Shown here piece by piece: positions 11,899 to 25,462 of a stretch of 64,000 bases of DNA. A program made the translations under genes and the position numbers. Below the pieces are notes generated by a model that did not search any database, was not told where the DNA came from, and worked only from the letters and a program-made list of their open reading frames with translations. Every line of letters begins with the position of its first letter. The first letter of the stretch is position 1. Source of the stretch: Vicugna vicugna (Eukaryota); contig MU061579.1 in assembly GCA_013265495.1 (NCBI GenBank), positions 4,364,327 to 4,428,326 on the forward strand, given 5' to 3'.

Positions 11899-13422
11899 CC
11901 AACTTTGTAACATGCTCAAGACTGACAACAGTGGGATGAGGAAGTATATTCTTCCCCTGGGGAGTCAGTGAGTAGTGAACGTTACATGGTATTCAGCAGA
12001 AATGTATGAATCACTTCAACAGAGGACAGTAATCATTTTGAACAATAATGCTACCTAGCACAGGGTTTTCCTGCTGGTTAATAGTGAGCAGACATGAAAG
12101 CAATTTTAAAGTTGGTTCTAGGCCTTTATTATCTCAACTAGTTTAACAAAGTTCCAAAACTCTAGTATCAGTGAGCTTTTTGATGGAGTAAAAATGATGA
12201 AAACAAAAGAAAACGAAAAAGGTTTTTGGAAATAAAAACTGAAAAATTATAATGATTCCAAAGCAAAGATATTAGAAACCCATTCAAATCTGTACTTATT
12301 GACATGAAACATTAACTGGGGAGATGTCAGTTGTAGGTGCATCTTTGTTTGGACTGATGTGTGACATCTCCAGTATTAAAGAGTCTTGTATGCCATGTTT
12401 ATATTTTAACACTTAATATCTGTTGTTGCCTGTTAGTTAATGTAAGTATATAAATATTAGTCAGTTATGGCCCTTGTCCTTCAAGGAAGGTTTAACCTTG
12501 AAAGAAAGATGGAGGTGGAAAAAATAAATTAAGAAGCATGAATAATAAAAGCAGAAACTTATGGGAAAGGTAAGATAATAGTAAGATAGTAGAGATAATA
12601 GAGATTGGTATTTCAAGAAGAAAAGGATAATTAAAACTAAAATAAATTTTAAGATCCATTTTTTGTTGATTTATGTCAAAGTAGCAGGGTGTTATAAACT
12701 ACTCCATCTTACAAAATTTTATGACTTAATTCAGTCCTGCAAATACCTGAAAGTGGGGAGTGATACTTCCTTCTCTCCCACTTGCTCCCACCCCTAGTAA
12801 TTAGGGGACCAGAGGACCACCTCCTTCTTTTCCTTTCAGATTTACCGGCATCCTGTTATGTGACTGGTTCATAATGAGGGCACTAATGGTCTATATTTAT
12901 ATGATCTGAACAACCATATATTGGCATATATAAAGGTGAGGAGGCAAATCTGATTGTACTCTTTTGCTCCTTCAAAATCTGCTTCTAGCATTGAGAGCAG
13001 AGCTTTGAAACTGGTTATGTAAACAGAAGTGGCTTCATAAAACTGTTTCAGCATCCACTGAAATTTAGAAGTTCCAGATCCCCTACTGCTTCTTCAACTG
13101 GAATTCCATCTCTTTGTTTATCTGATTTCCATATTAAACGTCCTCAAAGCTTTATTTTGAAAAAGAAAATCCATAGCTAAAATTTGCTTGAGGACTATCC
13201 ATGAAACTTTTTAGTTTAACATACAGGATTTTTGTGGTCTGTTTTTTGTCTTTCTTTCTCCTTATAACTGTCTTGAAACATTGTGTTGATTTTATTCAAA
13301 ATGCTTCCTTTGCCTAGATGCTTCCTTCCACCCACAACCTCTTCACTTTCACACCACTTATCACACTGTCCTACATCCATTTACCTAACAGTGAGGAGAA
13401 CAAAAAGTCACCAATGACCATG

Positions 13423-13934
13423 TGTTACCGAGTCCAAACTTGTTCTGCTCACCATGCAACAGACCAATAAATTGGAATACAAGGTTTTAGGGCAAAGTAT
13501 AACGACTTTACTAGGAAAGCCAGCAGACTAAGAAGATGGCAGACTAATGTCCTAGAGAACCATCTTCCCCAAGTCAAAATTCAGACTTGTTTTATACTAA
13601 AAAGAGGAGGGGGTGTGGTTGTTGCAAACTTCTTGGTGTCAGAATTCTTTGTTCCTGCAGCTGTCCACATGGGTCAAGTCATGGTGTCTCTGTAAACCTC
13701 CAACAAGACAAATGTTATTTCTATTCTGCAATTTATTATCTTTATATAGAAAAGTGTTGATACCCTTAAAGGTCAAAGCCTTGAGAACAGGCTCTCCTGT
13801 ATATTTTAGGCTATTGGCAGCATTGTTTTACGAAAGGTGCAGGACCAGCAAGACTAAGCCCAGGAAATAGGGCATAGGGTTAGAGACAAAGAAACAGATC
13901 TAATATGGAGTCAGATTTGTTCTTTTCTTCTACA
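13423..13934 (-). mobile_element. ERV1 (MER41-like) solo LTR with 4-bp TSD
   Basis: TG...CA termini with CATG duplicated at 13419-13422 and 13935-13938. The minus strand has a TATAAAA box and an AGTAAA poly(A)-like signal. Confidence 0.88.
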
Positions 13935-15696
13935 CATGGACCAAAGGCACAGGGACAAATTTGCTAGTTGGGAATGTACCTCAAGTGTATCAAAAGGTTT
14001 TTAGTGTCTATATAATAAGAAAGAAGCAAATGTTTTTAAAAGCACTTAAAACTGGATTAAATTGTGATATGTAAGTGACAGTTCTAAAACTTCAAACTTC
14101 AGAGCTCAGCTTTGTCTTGGCTATGGCTTATCCTCTGCAGGATTTTGGCCCAAATAACTAGAAGTTTTAGCCTTGATCTGTGTGGCAATTTATAATCTCA
14201 AAACAGAGGGGCTCAGAAATGGAAAACTGAGGCCCAGAGAAGTCAGGAAAATGTGGTGTTAGGAAAAAAGGAACCCTTAAAACATCAATTGATCTTCCTC
14301 CTACCTCTAAATTGAATAGTCCCTAAATTATCTCATATTCGCTGCATCGAACAAGAAATAAAATTCTATGGACAGCATGGTCCTCTGACTAGCAATCTCG
14401 TTAGAAATCTGCAGACAGAAATCCCTTCTTCATGTCTCTCATTTTAAGTCTAAGTTATTCCCAGCGTCAATGAAGGCAGCAAACAGCTGTTCATCTTCCT
14501 TAAGATCTCCATATATTTCACAACAACTCTATTAACAGTCCTTCCTGTCTCTACCTTGAGCTGATATCCGATGATATTTTATTATTATTTTAGGATTAGC
14601 ATTTATCTTACACAATTAGCTGCTTTTTCATATTAATGCTGTACGTCTCTCTACAAGGAGTTTTGTAGGTCATGATATAAGTCAGTCCAACATGAAGATG
14701 AATTGCTAGGAAGAGGGAAAAAAATAGCAAAAAGTGGAATTGATGAATTGGGAAAGAAAATGGTTAGGTCAGGTTAGCTAATGAGCCAAGAAAGTGAGAA
14801 CATTTATTTACAGACTTTCTCTTTTCTTTATGCATCTATAAAGTATTTCCATTAAACAACCTGGGCTTGCTAATGTGTAATAAGAAAAAAATATGAGGAC
14901 TATTTTACTTTCCCTGATTATCCTGGCAATCATCTACCAAAACTAATAATAAAAAAGAACATGATATGATTCTTCTACAGCTGGCTGAATTTAGTGAAAT
15001 TAAAAATAAAGTGTTATTGACATTAGCTTCAGAAGATAAAGATCCAAAGCAGTGATTTAACCAGAAAGTGATTAAATTCCATGGATATATACGATGGGTC
15101 CTGTGTCTGAAAGATTTTTATATTGACTGTTCTTATGGAAAACTCCTTGTTCTAAAAACTCCCTAAATAAATTACTAACAGTAATCTAAAGCAAGGGGTA
15201 ATATAGATGCTACTTTCACAGCTCAAGGATAAAATATTTGTTTAAGAAATAGGTGTGCTAGACTTTCCCTGAGACTTTTTCTATAATTAATAAGTTGATT
15301 AATTATATGTGTACTATGAATGATGGTGTCCTGATAATGACTACTGACCCATATGCATTTCCCAAACTACTGCAAACTTCAGAAATTCAATTACAAGGTC
15401 CAGATGCTGTATATTGCATATGTAAACTGCTTCAGGTAGAAGACTGCATATTAATAACATCATCTATGTGGGCTAGCTCTGCAACCCAGTGACTTTTTTG
15501 AAAAAATATCTCTTGAAGAAAGCAAATGGTAAACAGAAACTAAACTGTTCCAAGTTTATTTCAACCTTCAAGTACATTACACTTTTACTCATCATTAGGA
15601 TTTTTGTTTTAATTATTAAAATCTCAGATACTTCTGTTAGAGATATTTGATATGATTAATATCTTTCAAAGGTAAAAACAGGTTTCTAACCATGTA

Positions 15697-15994
15697 CTTT
15701 TTCTTTTAATTGAAAGTAGAGTCAGTTACAATTCTGGTGTACAATATAATGCTTCAGTTATACATATATTAGTTTTCATATTATTTTTATTATAGGTCAC
15801 TACAAGATACTGAATATAGTTCCCTGTGCTATACAGAAGAAATGTGTTCTTTTATCTATTTTATATATAGTAGTTAATGTTTGCAAATCTCAAACTTCCA
15901 ATTTATTCTTTCCTACCTCCTTCCCCCCAATAACCGTAAGTTTGTTTACTATGTCTATGAGTCTCTTTCTGTTTTGTAGATAAGTTCATTAGTG
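15697..15994 (-). mobile_element. 5'-truncated cetartiodactyl L1 3' UTR with TSD
   Basis: ctacaagatactgaatatagttccctgtgctatacag motif. TSD tctaaccatgta at 15685-15696 and 15995-16006. Confidence 0.9.
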
Positions 15995-16379
15995 TCTAAC
16001 CATGTATTCTTGATATCTTAGAAACAGCATGTCATTTTTATAAGCCCAAACTGACTTCCATCTGACTCTACAGAGTCCAAAACAGCAACTGATATTTTTG
16101 GAAACATGCAAAAGCCAACCTTTTGTTAAAAAAGGAACAAGAACTGAAACCTTCATATCCAGTAGCTGACATGTGTAAATTAATTTTTTAAACACTGAAA
16201 TTTAGTAAGTTTTGCTATTTATAATTTTTCATTCAAGTTAATCATTTACTCATCACATATTTACTGGGTACCTCCTAAGAGCCAGGGTTGGCACTAAGCA
16301 TCTCAAGTACAAAGTAAAGCTGTGTGCCTTCCCCGCACTTAAGGAGACAGTTACACAAGTGATATAGTGAAGAATTGCA

Positions 16380-16510
16380 GTGGAGCTTGTTAAAAATGTG
16401 GAATTCAGGGCCCTAGCCATAGAGACTTCCAGTTATACTGAGACCATCCTGACAATAGGTGTGATCATTGGTGATTTTGATATGATAGCCTATGAAAAAT
16501 ATTTTGAGGT
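16380..16510. mobile_element. MER5A-like hAT-Charlie fragment
   Basis: tggagcttgttaaaaatgtggaattcagggccc...ggtgattttgatatg. Confidence 0.5.
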
Positions 16511-16814
16511 AGACTTGCCCAAAGAATGGAGAAATACCTGAGCAGCCATCTGATGCACGGCCATCCTTCCTCATGTGGTTCCTGAGAGAGAAAGACAGAT
16601 TAAGGGAAAACTATCAAAAACAAGTTCTCTCCTTTTTTGTCCTCTCTTTGTCTACCACTTCAGTCCACATCTCATCTTCCTTTTTATGGTTTCCTGTTAA
16701 TCAAGGAAATAAGGTATTCAGAGTCTCATCCCAGACCAGCTGAATCAGAGCCTCCAGGTGAAGCAAAGATCTAAGATCTACTTTTCATTCTTTTTCTCCC
16801 TTCCTTTTATTTTT

Positions 16815-16985
16815 AATCTCTGGTTGGAGAAGCACAGGTCTTACAAATGAGCCTGACTCTGAATTTCCATAGTGATGTAACCTTAGGCAAATCAATTACA
16901 CTTTTTGAGCTTTGATTTGTTCTTTATCTATATAATGGGATTTTTTACTAAATGTTCCCTAAGGTCTTTCCAGCTCTAATATTTT
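16815..16985 (+). mobile_element. MIR/MIR3 SINE
   Basis: tgtaaccttaggcaaatcaattacactttttgagc...ctaaggtctttccagctctaa. Confidence 0.7.
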
Positions 16986-19900
16986 ATTATTGATTTTAAT
17001 TTCATTCCAGCTCTATTCGTTTCCATTCTGATACAGATTCCTTTTAAGGGAATCCCTTTAAATGAAATCCTTGAGGGTTTTGCTGTTGTTGTTTTGTTTT
17101 TTATCTTTAATTACTTCTTTTCTACATTTATTGTCCTCCCCCTTTAAAAATGTATTTTCTTTACCTCCCTTTCTCCCTCAAGTCTTGAAATAATCTCAGG
17201 TTGGAAAATATTTTAAGATCCGTTGCATTTCTCTTTCTTATTTGTGTTTGAATTTTTTTTTCTATAGAAGTGAAGAAAAACTGAGAAATCATAAAATGCT
17301 TTGTAATCATTACATTCCGTTTCTAGGGTTGTGATTATTTTTCTTCACTGGAGATAATGCCCACCTTTGTAAATGAAGAGGATAGAACTTTAATGAGAAG
17401 AATGAGAAAATGAAAATGCTGTACTCAGAGAAACCTGAGGCTTATACAGCAGGTAAGCCAAGATCTCTTTAAAACTTGGGGACAGAGTCAGGGGAATTGC
17501 AGAATCTCTTTTTAAACATAAGGTGGCAAAAACTCTTGTTTGGATAAATAAATAACAGGTAATAGATAAATACCTTATTTGAGGTAAAATAGAACATCAG
17601 TTTAGATAGATGAATATAAGAATTAGGATAATGCTAATTAACTTGGTATACTCCTAGGACCCTTCCAGATCTGAAAGAAATATAAATAAATACCAATAGT
17701 AAGCCACATAGAGGAAGTACACACAATTGTCCCATTAGAGGGGATGATTGCCCTAAAAGCATCTGACTTCCAGAATGCCCTTGTCTCCAAGGAGACTGAC
17801 TTCCAAACATCCTAGGCTGATGTAATGTCATGAAGCAAATGGACTTTGCTTATATAAATAGGATACTTTTTAGCAATCCAAGCAGAGTAAGATTCCCGAA
17901 AGCAAGTTGATTCATCAATAACTAAATCTATTCATAACCAAGAATTAACACAACCTCAGCAGCAAGCACTTTCCAGGAATAAATTGTTGTTTATCCACGG
18001 TGTGTAAGTTACTCTTTCAAAAGTGTTTTAACAGATGTCACAATTTTATCTGATTTTTCTTCCTCCTCCTTAAACTCTCCTTACTCCATTTCCCAGGAAC
18101 AGCTTTCATCTGCACTTATTTCCTTTAAATATGTAGTAGTCTTCATTCATTGACTCAATTTTCCTAAAATATGGTTGTTCTAATTAATTTTACCTAAGTT
18201 GACATTAAGAGCCCTGGGGAAATTAATAAGAATCTTACATACGGATCCTTCATAATGTTAAGAAATCTAATCAGATTTACATAAATTTATAAATGCCTTT
18301 GGTCACTGTAAAGTATGTGTGTGTAGTAAGCCTTTGTTATTCAAATGGCTCACCCAAATGATAACCAAGAAAAAGGAGGAAATTAGTTAGGAGATAGGAT
18401 CCAAACACAGTTAAGTATTTTAACTCATTCATGTAACATTTGCTTTGTCTCAGTGTTGATTTTCTGTTTTACACCATGGATTTCCTTCTTTCAATTATTT
18501 TCTAAGAAGCATCCTATTTTGGGCATGAAATATTGATTTTCTTAAAGAAAAATTCAGGAAGGCACGTCCTAAGCATGCTTAAGACTTTAAATCTACCTAT
18601 GATTTTTGAACAGGGGTCATTAATTTGAGAGAATGCTAGAATTGACTGTAACATTAATTGTTTTTAAACTGGTAGAGACTAAGTTCTCACATAAATATAG
18701 ATACGTATATGCATACGTATGTGTGCATTTTTGTTTTCTTTTTCATAATGAGAGTAGTGGGACTTTACAGGTTGAATTTATATCATAGAGAGTAAAGGAA
18801 ATTAGTTTATGTAATATTTGAATTTGTATAATGTACAGCCTATTATATACGTATAATTAAATGTGTTTAACATGATGAGTCATTATTTATAAGGTAAGTA
18901 TGTCTCCCAAAATTCTTCATAGAAAGTTATTTTTTTCCTAAATGTACTACCACAGTTAACCTATATTTTTCCCATTGACGCGCCATTGCTGTGTGTTGAG
19001 TTGCTTGTTTATTTGAGTGCATTTTACCTGAATAAACTGTAACAGCAGGAACCACATCTATCTTTTTCATGATTTTATCTCCAACAGCTAGTTCCCTACA
19101 GTAACATGGTAGTGGATTAATAAATGCACTTTGAAATGAAAGAGTTAGGCCATGGTAACCCTTTCGTTCAATATCAACACCAGCAACCTGGCTCTTATTT
19201 GCTTCACTTTTTCATGCAATAGGATAAGTATTTCAGGAATTTCATATCAGTAAAGGTCTTGTTTCTCTACCCCGCCACCTTAGTTGGATACATGAAGACC
19301 ATATTTGCATATGTCACTGCAGAGAAAGGTTGAGGGAAGATTGATATGTGCTCCCTTAGGAAGTCATCTGTGTACTATTTAGAGCAAATATGGGTAGGTT
19401 GATATCTCTGGGAAATTTCCATTTTCATTTGTAAAGTAATTCTGTTTTTTGTGTGATGACTCTTTTGAAAGTCCCAGTGACTCTCAAGCTACTCACTGGT
19501 CCCTTTCTAATTTTTTAATCTCTAAGTCTTTAGAATTTGCCAGTACTTCAGAGCATTAGATCATTTCATTGGACTTCATATTTTTTCTGCTTTAATTTAT
19601 GCTATTTGGTATACAACCTCATGGCTACCTGATCAGACCGATAGGGTCAAATCTTCTATATTGGTATAATTTTGGCTATGACACATTTTAACTTTAAACT
19701 AACAAATAAGAATATTTTGCAACCTTTTAAAACTTATCTGTAATATTTACATGCATATCATTTTGATCTTATATACTGCCAAACTTCTTTTTACTTAACT
19801 TTTATGAGAGTCAGTTAATTATTTTTAATTAGTTGAAGAAAACTTGATCTCAAAATTTCCTGTTATCTTCCAGGTAAATTAGGATAAAGCATTTTCTGTT

Positions 19901-22900
19901 GAAAATCAAAATTATAAACTTGCTATCCATAAACTTACTATTATATCTGTGGGCTATTTGTGGTTGAATCTGCTTGAGATGGATTGGGACATACATATAG
20001 AACCTCATTTAATAAATGTTTTGGATCTGAAATCATTTCCAATAGAAAAATGAGGGAGTCAATGTGGTGAGTATTCCTAATGAAATTATATTTTATGAGT
20101 GAAAGAAGATTCAGAAGGAATGTACTACTAACCTGATTTCTATATTTGCATCAAAATTAAGGATGGTACAATTGCGAAATCATAACTGGGTTTTACTGAG
20201 AGTAGTGCAGTATTTAGCACTGGTTGTTTACTCAGAAAGCATTGGTTGTGTCTGTGGTTTCTGTTCAGTTAGACTTGGGATGTTTAAAGGCCGTAGCCAT
20301 ATCTGTATCCTTCATGTCAGTAGCATGAGTCTGAGTCTAGTAGCTGTCTGTTGAATGCTTATTGCTTTAAATAAGAGGCATTGACCAAGAACATTGAGAA
20401 AATTGAAGGATTGTTAGTTTTTCTATTTGTAAATAGAAAGAAAGAAGTTGAGGAATTGTGGTTAGTGAGGAATGTCCCACAGTATCATCTGCAATATAAA
20501 TTTAATATTTACCTCATTATCAGTAGGAATGGTATATTCTCTTAGCATCATTTTGTATATGAAGCCAATTTCATTTCATCAGCTTTCACAGCATTTCACA
20601 TCTTATATGAAACATTTGATCTATAAATGCTTTTTTATCTTTACCATCTTTTAGCTCTTATTTTTTACTTTATATTTTATAAAGCTTCTTGAATAAAATG
20701 ACCAGATTTTAGACATTTCTATGACTATGACTTCACCTGCCTAACTCATCCCTCCACAAACATTTCTTGAACGAAATTAAGTAAATGTGTTACAAAGTTT
20801 AACTTGATAATTTTTAGAAAATGATTCAGGTATAATCACTTCTCTTGAAGTCTTGTTTGAGGCAGAACCAAACATAGAATTGTCTATTATTTTAATAGGA
20901 CACTGGTCAATCTCTTGAATCTAACAGAAACTTCTGAAGGGAGAAAGCAACACTTATTTATCTCAGAAAAGTAGCTGTGGAATTGATGGGGTTGTTAAAA
21001 TACTTCAATCCTCTAGTCTACACTTTGTATTCTGTTTTCTTATCTTCATACAGATGGTAGACAATGAATGTAAACAAAGTGAAGAAACCTTTTCCTAAAC
21101 ATTTATTATGTTTCAATAACAGGTGTTAATCTATTTTATTAAGATTTGGTTTGTCACGTTTCTAGAAACCTGTCTCACCTTCAGTGTGCTCTGGTGTTTC
21201 TGTCTACCTTGCCCGTCACTCAGGTCAAGCGTCTTCTTCATTGCTTGCATTTGTTATTATGCTCTTGACAATCATTATTCATATAGTGCCTGTACTTGGT
21301 CATTTAACTCCTTGTCTTTGTGCTCCAATTTCCTCAAATTTAAGAAATTAAGTAGCAAATACCAAAATGCTTAGTCCATATATTGCACATACTCAATATT
21401 TTATGCATTCAATATTGTTTTGTATTTTCATTTTCCTTCACAGTAGTAGACCTGCTCTCACTATATTTATGTCTAATGTAAGAAACAGAATAAAAGCTTC
21501 AGGTGATCCCAGCTATCACAATCAGCAGGACTCTCAAGGTGCTACTTTCAGTAAGTCAAGAATATAACTTTCCCACAAACATCTTATAAGCCTATTTAAA
21601 GGTTGTATTCAACCCATTCATAGATGAGGGAACCAAAAAGAAGGTAAAACTGGTTCAAAAGATATTTTGTGGAACTGCACATAAAGATATTTGGGGGAAA
21701 AATGTTAAAATAAGATCGATAGGTAAAATACAAAACTGGTTAATGTGCAACAGGGCAATAAACTAATTTGGGGGATTTTTATTTCTGCAGAGAGAAATCT
21801 ACAGATTCACATGTAACTTCTCATTGCGAAATTTATGTAGAAAATAATTTATCTGTGGGTATGTTTATAAGGCAATGTCCCAGGACAACGTTGAAAGTTC
21901 CTTCCATGATGTCCTGGCATTTTTTCAAAGTGTTTAATGATTCTTTTAAAACAAAGTCAATAAACTCTAAAATTAGGCCTAATAAATACAATGTCTGCCT
22001 TTTTCCCAAGGGTCGATATGAAGTAGATCTTAACTACTCTAAGAGAAAATAACTGTTATGTTTGGCTCTCAGGACAGTGAATGACAGACTCAAATCTCAA
22101 AATCAAAAGGGCCAAACAGAAACTGCAATCAGAATATAGGAACACATCATGAAGACATTTATTCAGGAATTTTACAGAAGCATCTCTACGGGGGAGTACA
22201 AGATAAGCAATTAATCACTACAATATACAGACATTGGTAAATACATAGTAATAGATCAGATTTGTATGAGAAATTTGAAGAACGTAAGCAAATTTTTTTT
22301 TTTTAACCAGAGCCTTGGGGGAGTGAGGCCTATGAACACAATGTCATCCTTGAATTGTTTTAATCTCATTATTCTATTAGGATCTAATGACTGGTTTTCC
22401 AGAGCATTGTTAGTCAAGGTCAAAAGCTTAGGCTGCTGTATCTGGCAGATGCTTTATAAATCGAACCTGCCTAAGTGATTGTATTAACAAATATATTTAA
22501 ATGCATCTGCACATTTAAGGATATATTGTACTATTTGTTAATTGTTTCAAGTCCTTAGACCTTATGCCACTAATTTTAAAACATGATATTTCTTCTGTAT
22601 TACTGAATCTAGAAAGAAAAGAAGATAAAAGTCATGAAAAAAATGCAACAAAGTTATTTTATAATCTAAAGTAAAAGGACGTAGTATATCAAATTTGATA
22701 AATTGTGGGACTGGTATGTCATACCTAGTTTAGTTGGCTGTCCTGTCATGCCTGCATGTTACCATAATTAGAGGTGACAGGATGGAACATTTTAAGTCTT
22801 AAATAACTCAAATCAAAGTAAATTCTTTACAATATCAAGCAGGGAATTCTACGTCAAGTGGTTTGGGTTATCAAATACAAGTGAAAAAATTTTAAATACA

Positions 22901-25462
22901 GAGGAAAAGAGATGTTGTGCTATTGTTGTTGTGATGTCAACAAATTATAGGTGTAAGAGAACTGATTATTTCAATGTTAAAAATATACCAGCAAGTTCAA
23001 GAAATCATTTTAAGCATAACAGGCTTATATGGGTTATGCTACACGACCTGACTTGGAAGGTGTGAACTGTAGATCTCATTGTGATGCTGATACTCAGTTC
23101 TTTCCCCCAAAGCTTTCTTTGCAATTTTTCTTGCTTGAGAATTTTCACCGTATATAGTTAAATAAGCATTTAAAGGATTTTCTCTTGGGGTAATTCATTC
23201 TTATAGTCAGACTCAATGTGTGTGCAAGGATTGCCTATCTATTCCGACATTATCAGAAGTGAAGAAACATTTTTATTAGCCAGGGGCTAAGCTTCATACA
23301 ATCTTTGTTTCAAACACATTGTGAGTCATCATGCATTTCCTAACTACTTTTAACTTAAACTGCTGTGCTGTTTGGTTACATGTTCAGAAAAAAAAAAAAA
23401 GTATCTTGTATTCTACAGATCCAAATAAAAGATTGCTATAAATCAGAACAGAAAATTAGTTGTTAGATCATCTGTTAACATATCTGTAAACATCTATGTC
23501 TAGACTAATTTTACATGTTGAAAAATAAAACCCTTCAAACTTTCCACTGGAGGGCAATTTTAAAAATAAATTTATCATACTGTTGCCACTAGTTGAAATA
23601 CTGATTATCAGGTATTAAAAATGAGATCTGGAAGAACTATAGAATGTTAGAACTAAAGATTTTAAGCAACATTGAGCCAGTCCATTTTATCATTTTGTTT
23701 ATTTGTTTTATATTGGAGTGAATATGCATTTAAGCAGGGACAAGTAAAGAAAATTTCCTAAACTAGAAATTGAAAAGATGGATGTGGGCATCTCCATCTG
23801 GTAGATATAACCTGAGCAATTCGTAAGTCTTGTATCATAAATTTTAATATCTAGGCTTATAATTATTTTAAAAAGTAATTATTAAAAAGAATATAGTAAC
23901 CTTTGCTCCCCCAGCCTCTCTTCTATTGTCCTTTGAGTTTTTTTTAAAAATATATTTAAATGTCTTTCACCTTCACCCGATTTCTTTCCATAATATCTCA
24001 TATGTTGAAGTACATTGATATCATCTGTGATATTTAGCTGCAGACATCCAGTGACCTAGGATTATACCATTGTGTTTGATAAACTGGGACAGTAATGCAA
24101 GCATCCAAATTCCTAGCCCACAAGCACTTCCTTCAGACAATACTGAACATTAAATTAAGGATTTGACAGGATAATACAATAAAGAAGAGACTTGGGATCA
24201 CAGGCCAGGACTGCATGTAACAGTGTCACAATTTGAGAGTGTTAGAAACTTTTGAGCATAGAAGCAATTGCCCCTTAGTAGTGTGTGGTCCTAATGTCTA
24301 ACGGTAATTGTCCCTGTATAGCAGGGTTCTGGGTGATTATTTTGATTTGGGAATGGCTTCATTAATTTGCTTATCTTTATTGAATTTTTTACTATTCTAA
24401 ACTTGCATTCCATATAAAATATTCAAAAATTTATTTTAAACAATCAAAGAAGACTGTAACAGATGACTGTTACATATGTTACATGCTGGGATTCCATATG
24501 ATATTTAAAATAGCAGCAAAGTTCCTAGTTAAAAAGGGCTTCTAAAGCATCGGCAGCGAATCTGATGAAATCTATTTTCCTGGAGTACATGGACTTGGGG
24601 AGAAAAGCTTCCTCAAGCCAAATAGACCTAAAATAAAGAAACAGAAAGGTGGCTTTTTAAAAATTCTTCCTTGAAGTGTTTTCACTCTGTTTTGCATTAT
24701 CCCTAGCTTCAGCTCATTGCTTGCAATGTGCTGTGCTAATCATCTATCTCCTTGTTTCACTATCCAAACATAGTTACTGACATATTTTTGTTTATTTGCC
24801 TTCCTAGTTATTGCTCAGGGTCATTACCTCCAAAAGAAGGCATCCTACATTAGAACCACTTTTACTACTTTTTATCCTAGATTGATAGTACCTCTACCTA
24901 TCCTCATGTTCAAGATGATCAGCAGCCTTGCCCTGTGGTTAAAATGCCTTATTGCATCATAAACGAAAGAGTCAGGGGAAAAAATAAACAAACTTTTACT
25001 ACTGAGAATATGGGGTTCACTGTCTTAGATTCTATATATAAGATGTAACTTCTGTAGTCAATTCAAGATTGGAATCCAGATTCTAAAAGCATACTTGCCA
25101 TGCAATCTTAAACGTAAAAATATTTATAGAGATTTGGGGAGAAATAATACAAATGCCAGAGTATTGTTTTATCCAATGAAATAATATTTAAAAAGTATTT
25201 AGCACAGTGTTTGAAATATAGTAAGTGCTCAATAATATTATTCTTATCACTAATTAGTATTGTACTATAGAGGCATACTATGTTCTTAAAAAGCACACAT
25301 GGCAAATATTCAGCATTTCTTTTCCCCAATTTTGTTTTTAAGAATAAAGTTTTTCTCAGTTTCAGCCACTTAGGTTTGGGTGAACCTGATCAATTAATCC
25401 TATCTGTGTCCTAGATTAGAAAAATAGAATGCTGTCCTCAACTAGTAATAATCTTAGACTTC

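Larger units (their letters stand above)
9700..12060 (-). mobile_element. Old MLT1-type MaLR remnant (internal segment plus LTR), interrupted by two younger LTRs
   Basis: MLT1-int-like motifs (cctgcaaatccagaatttctggg; ttttcaaatgcagcta) and an LTR-like segment from about 11222 to 12060. Boundaries approximate. Confidence 0.5.

Noticed and set aside
18885..18900. Isolated consensus splice donors (also about 8535, 38465, 58820, 60360)
   Set aside because: No convincing paired acceptor or open frame; such motifs are frequent by chance.
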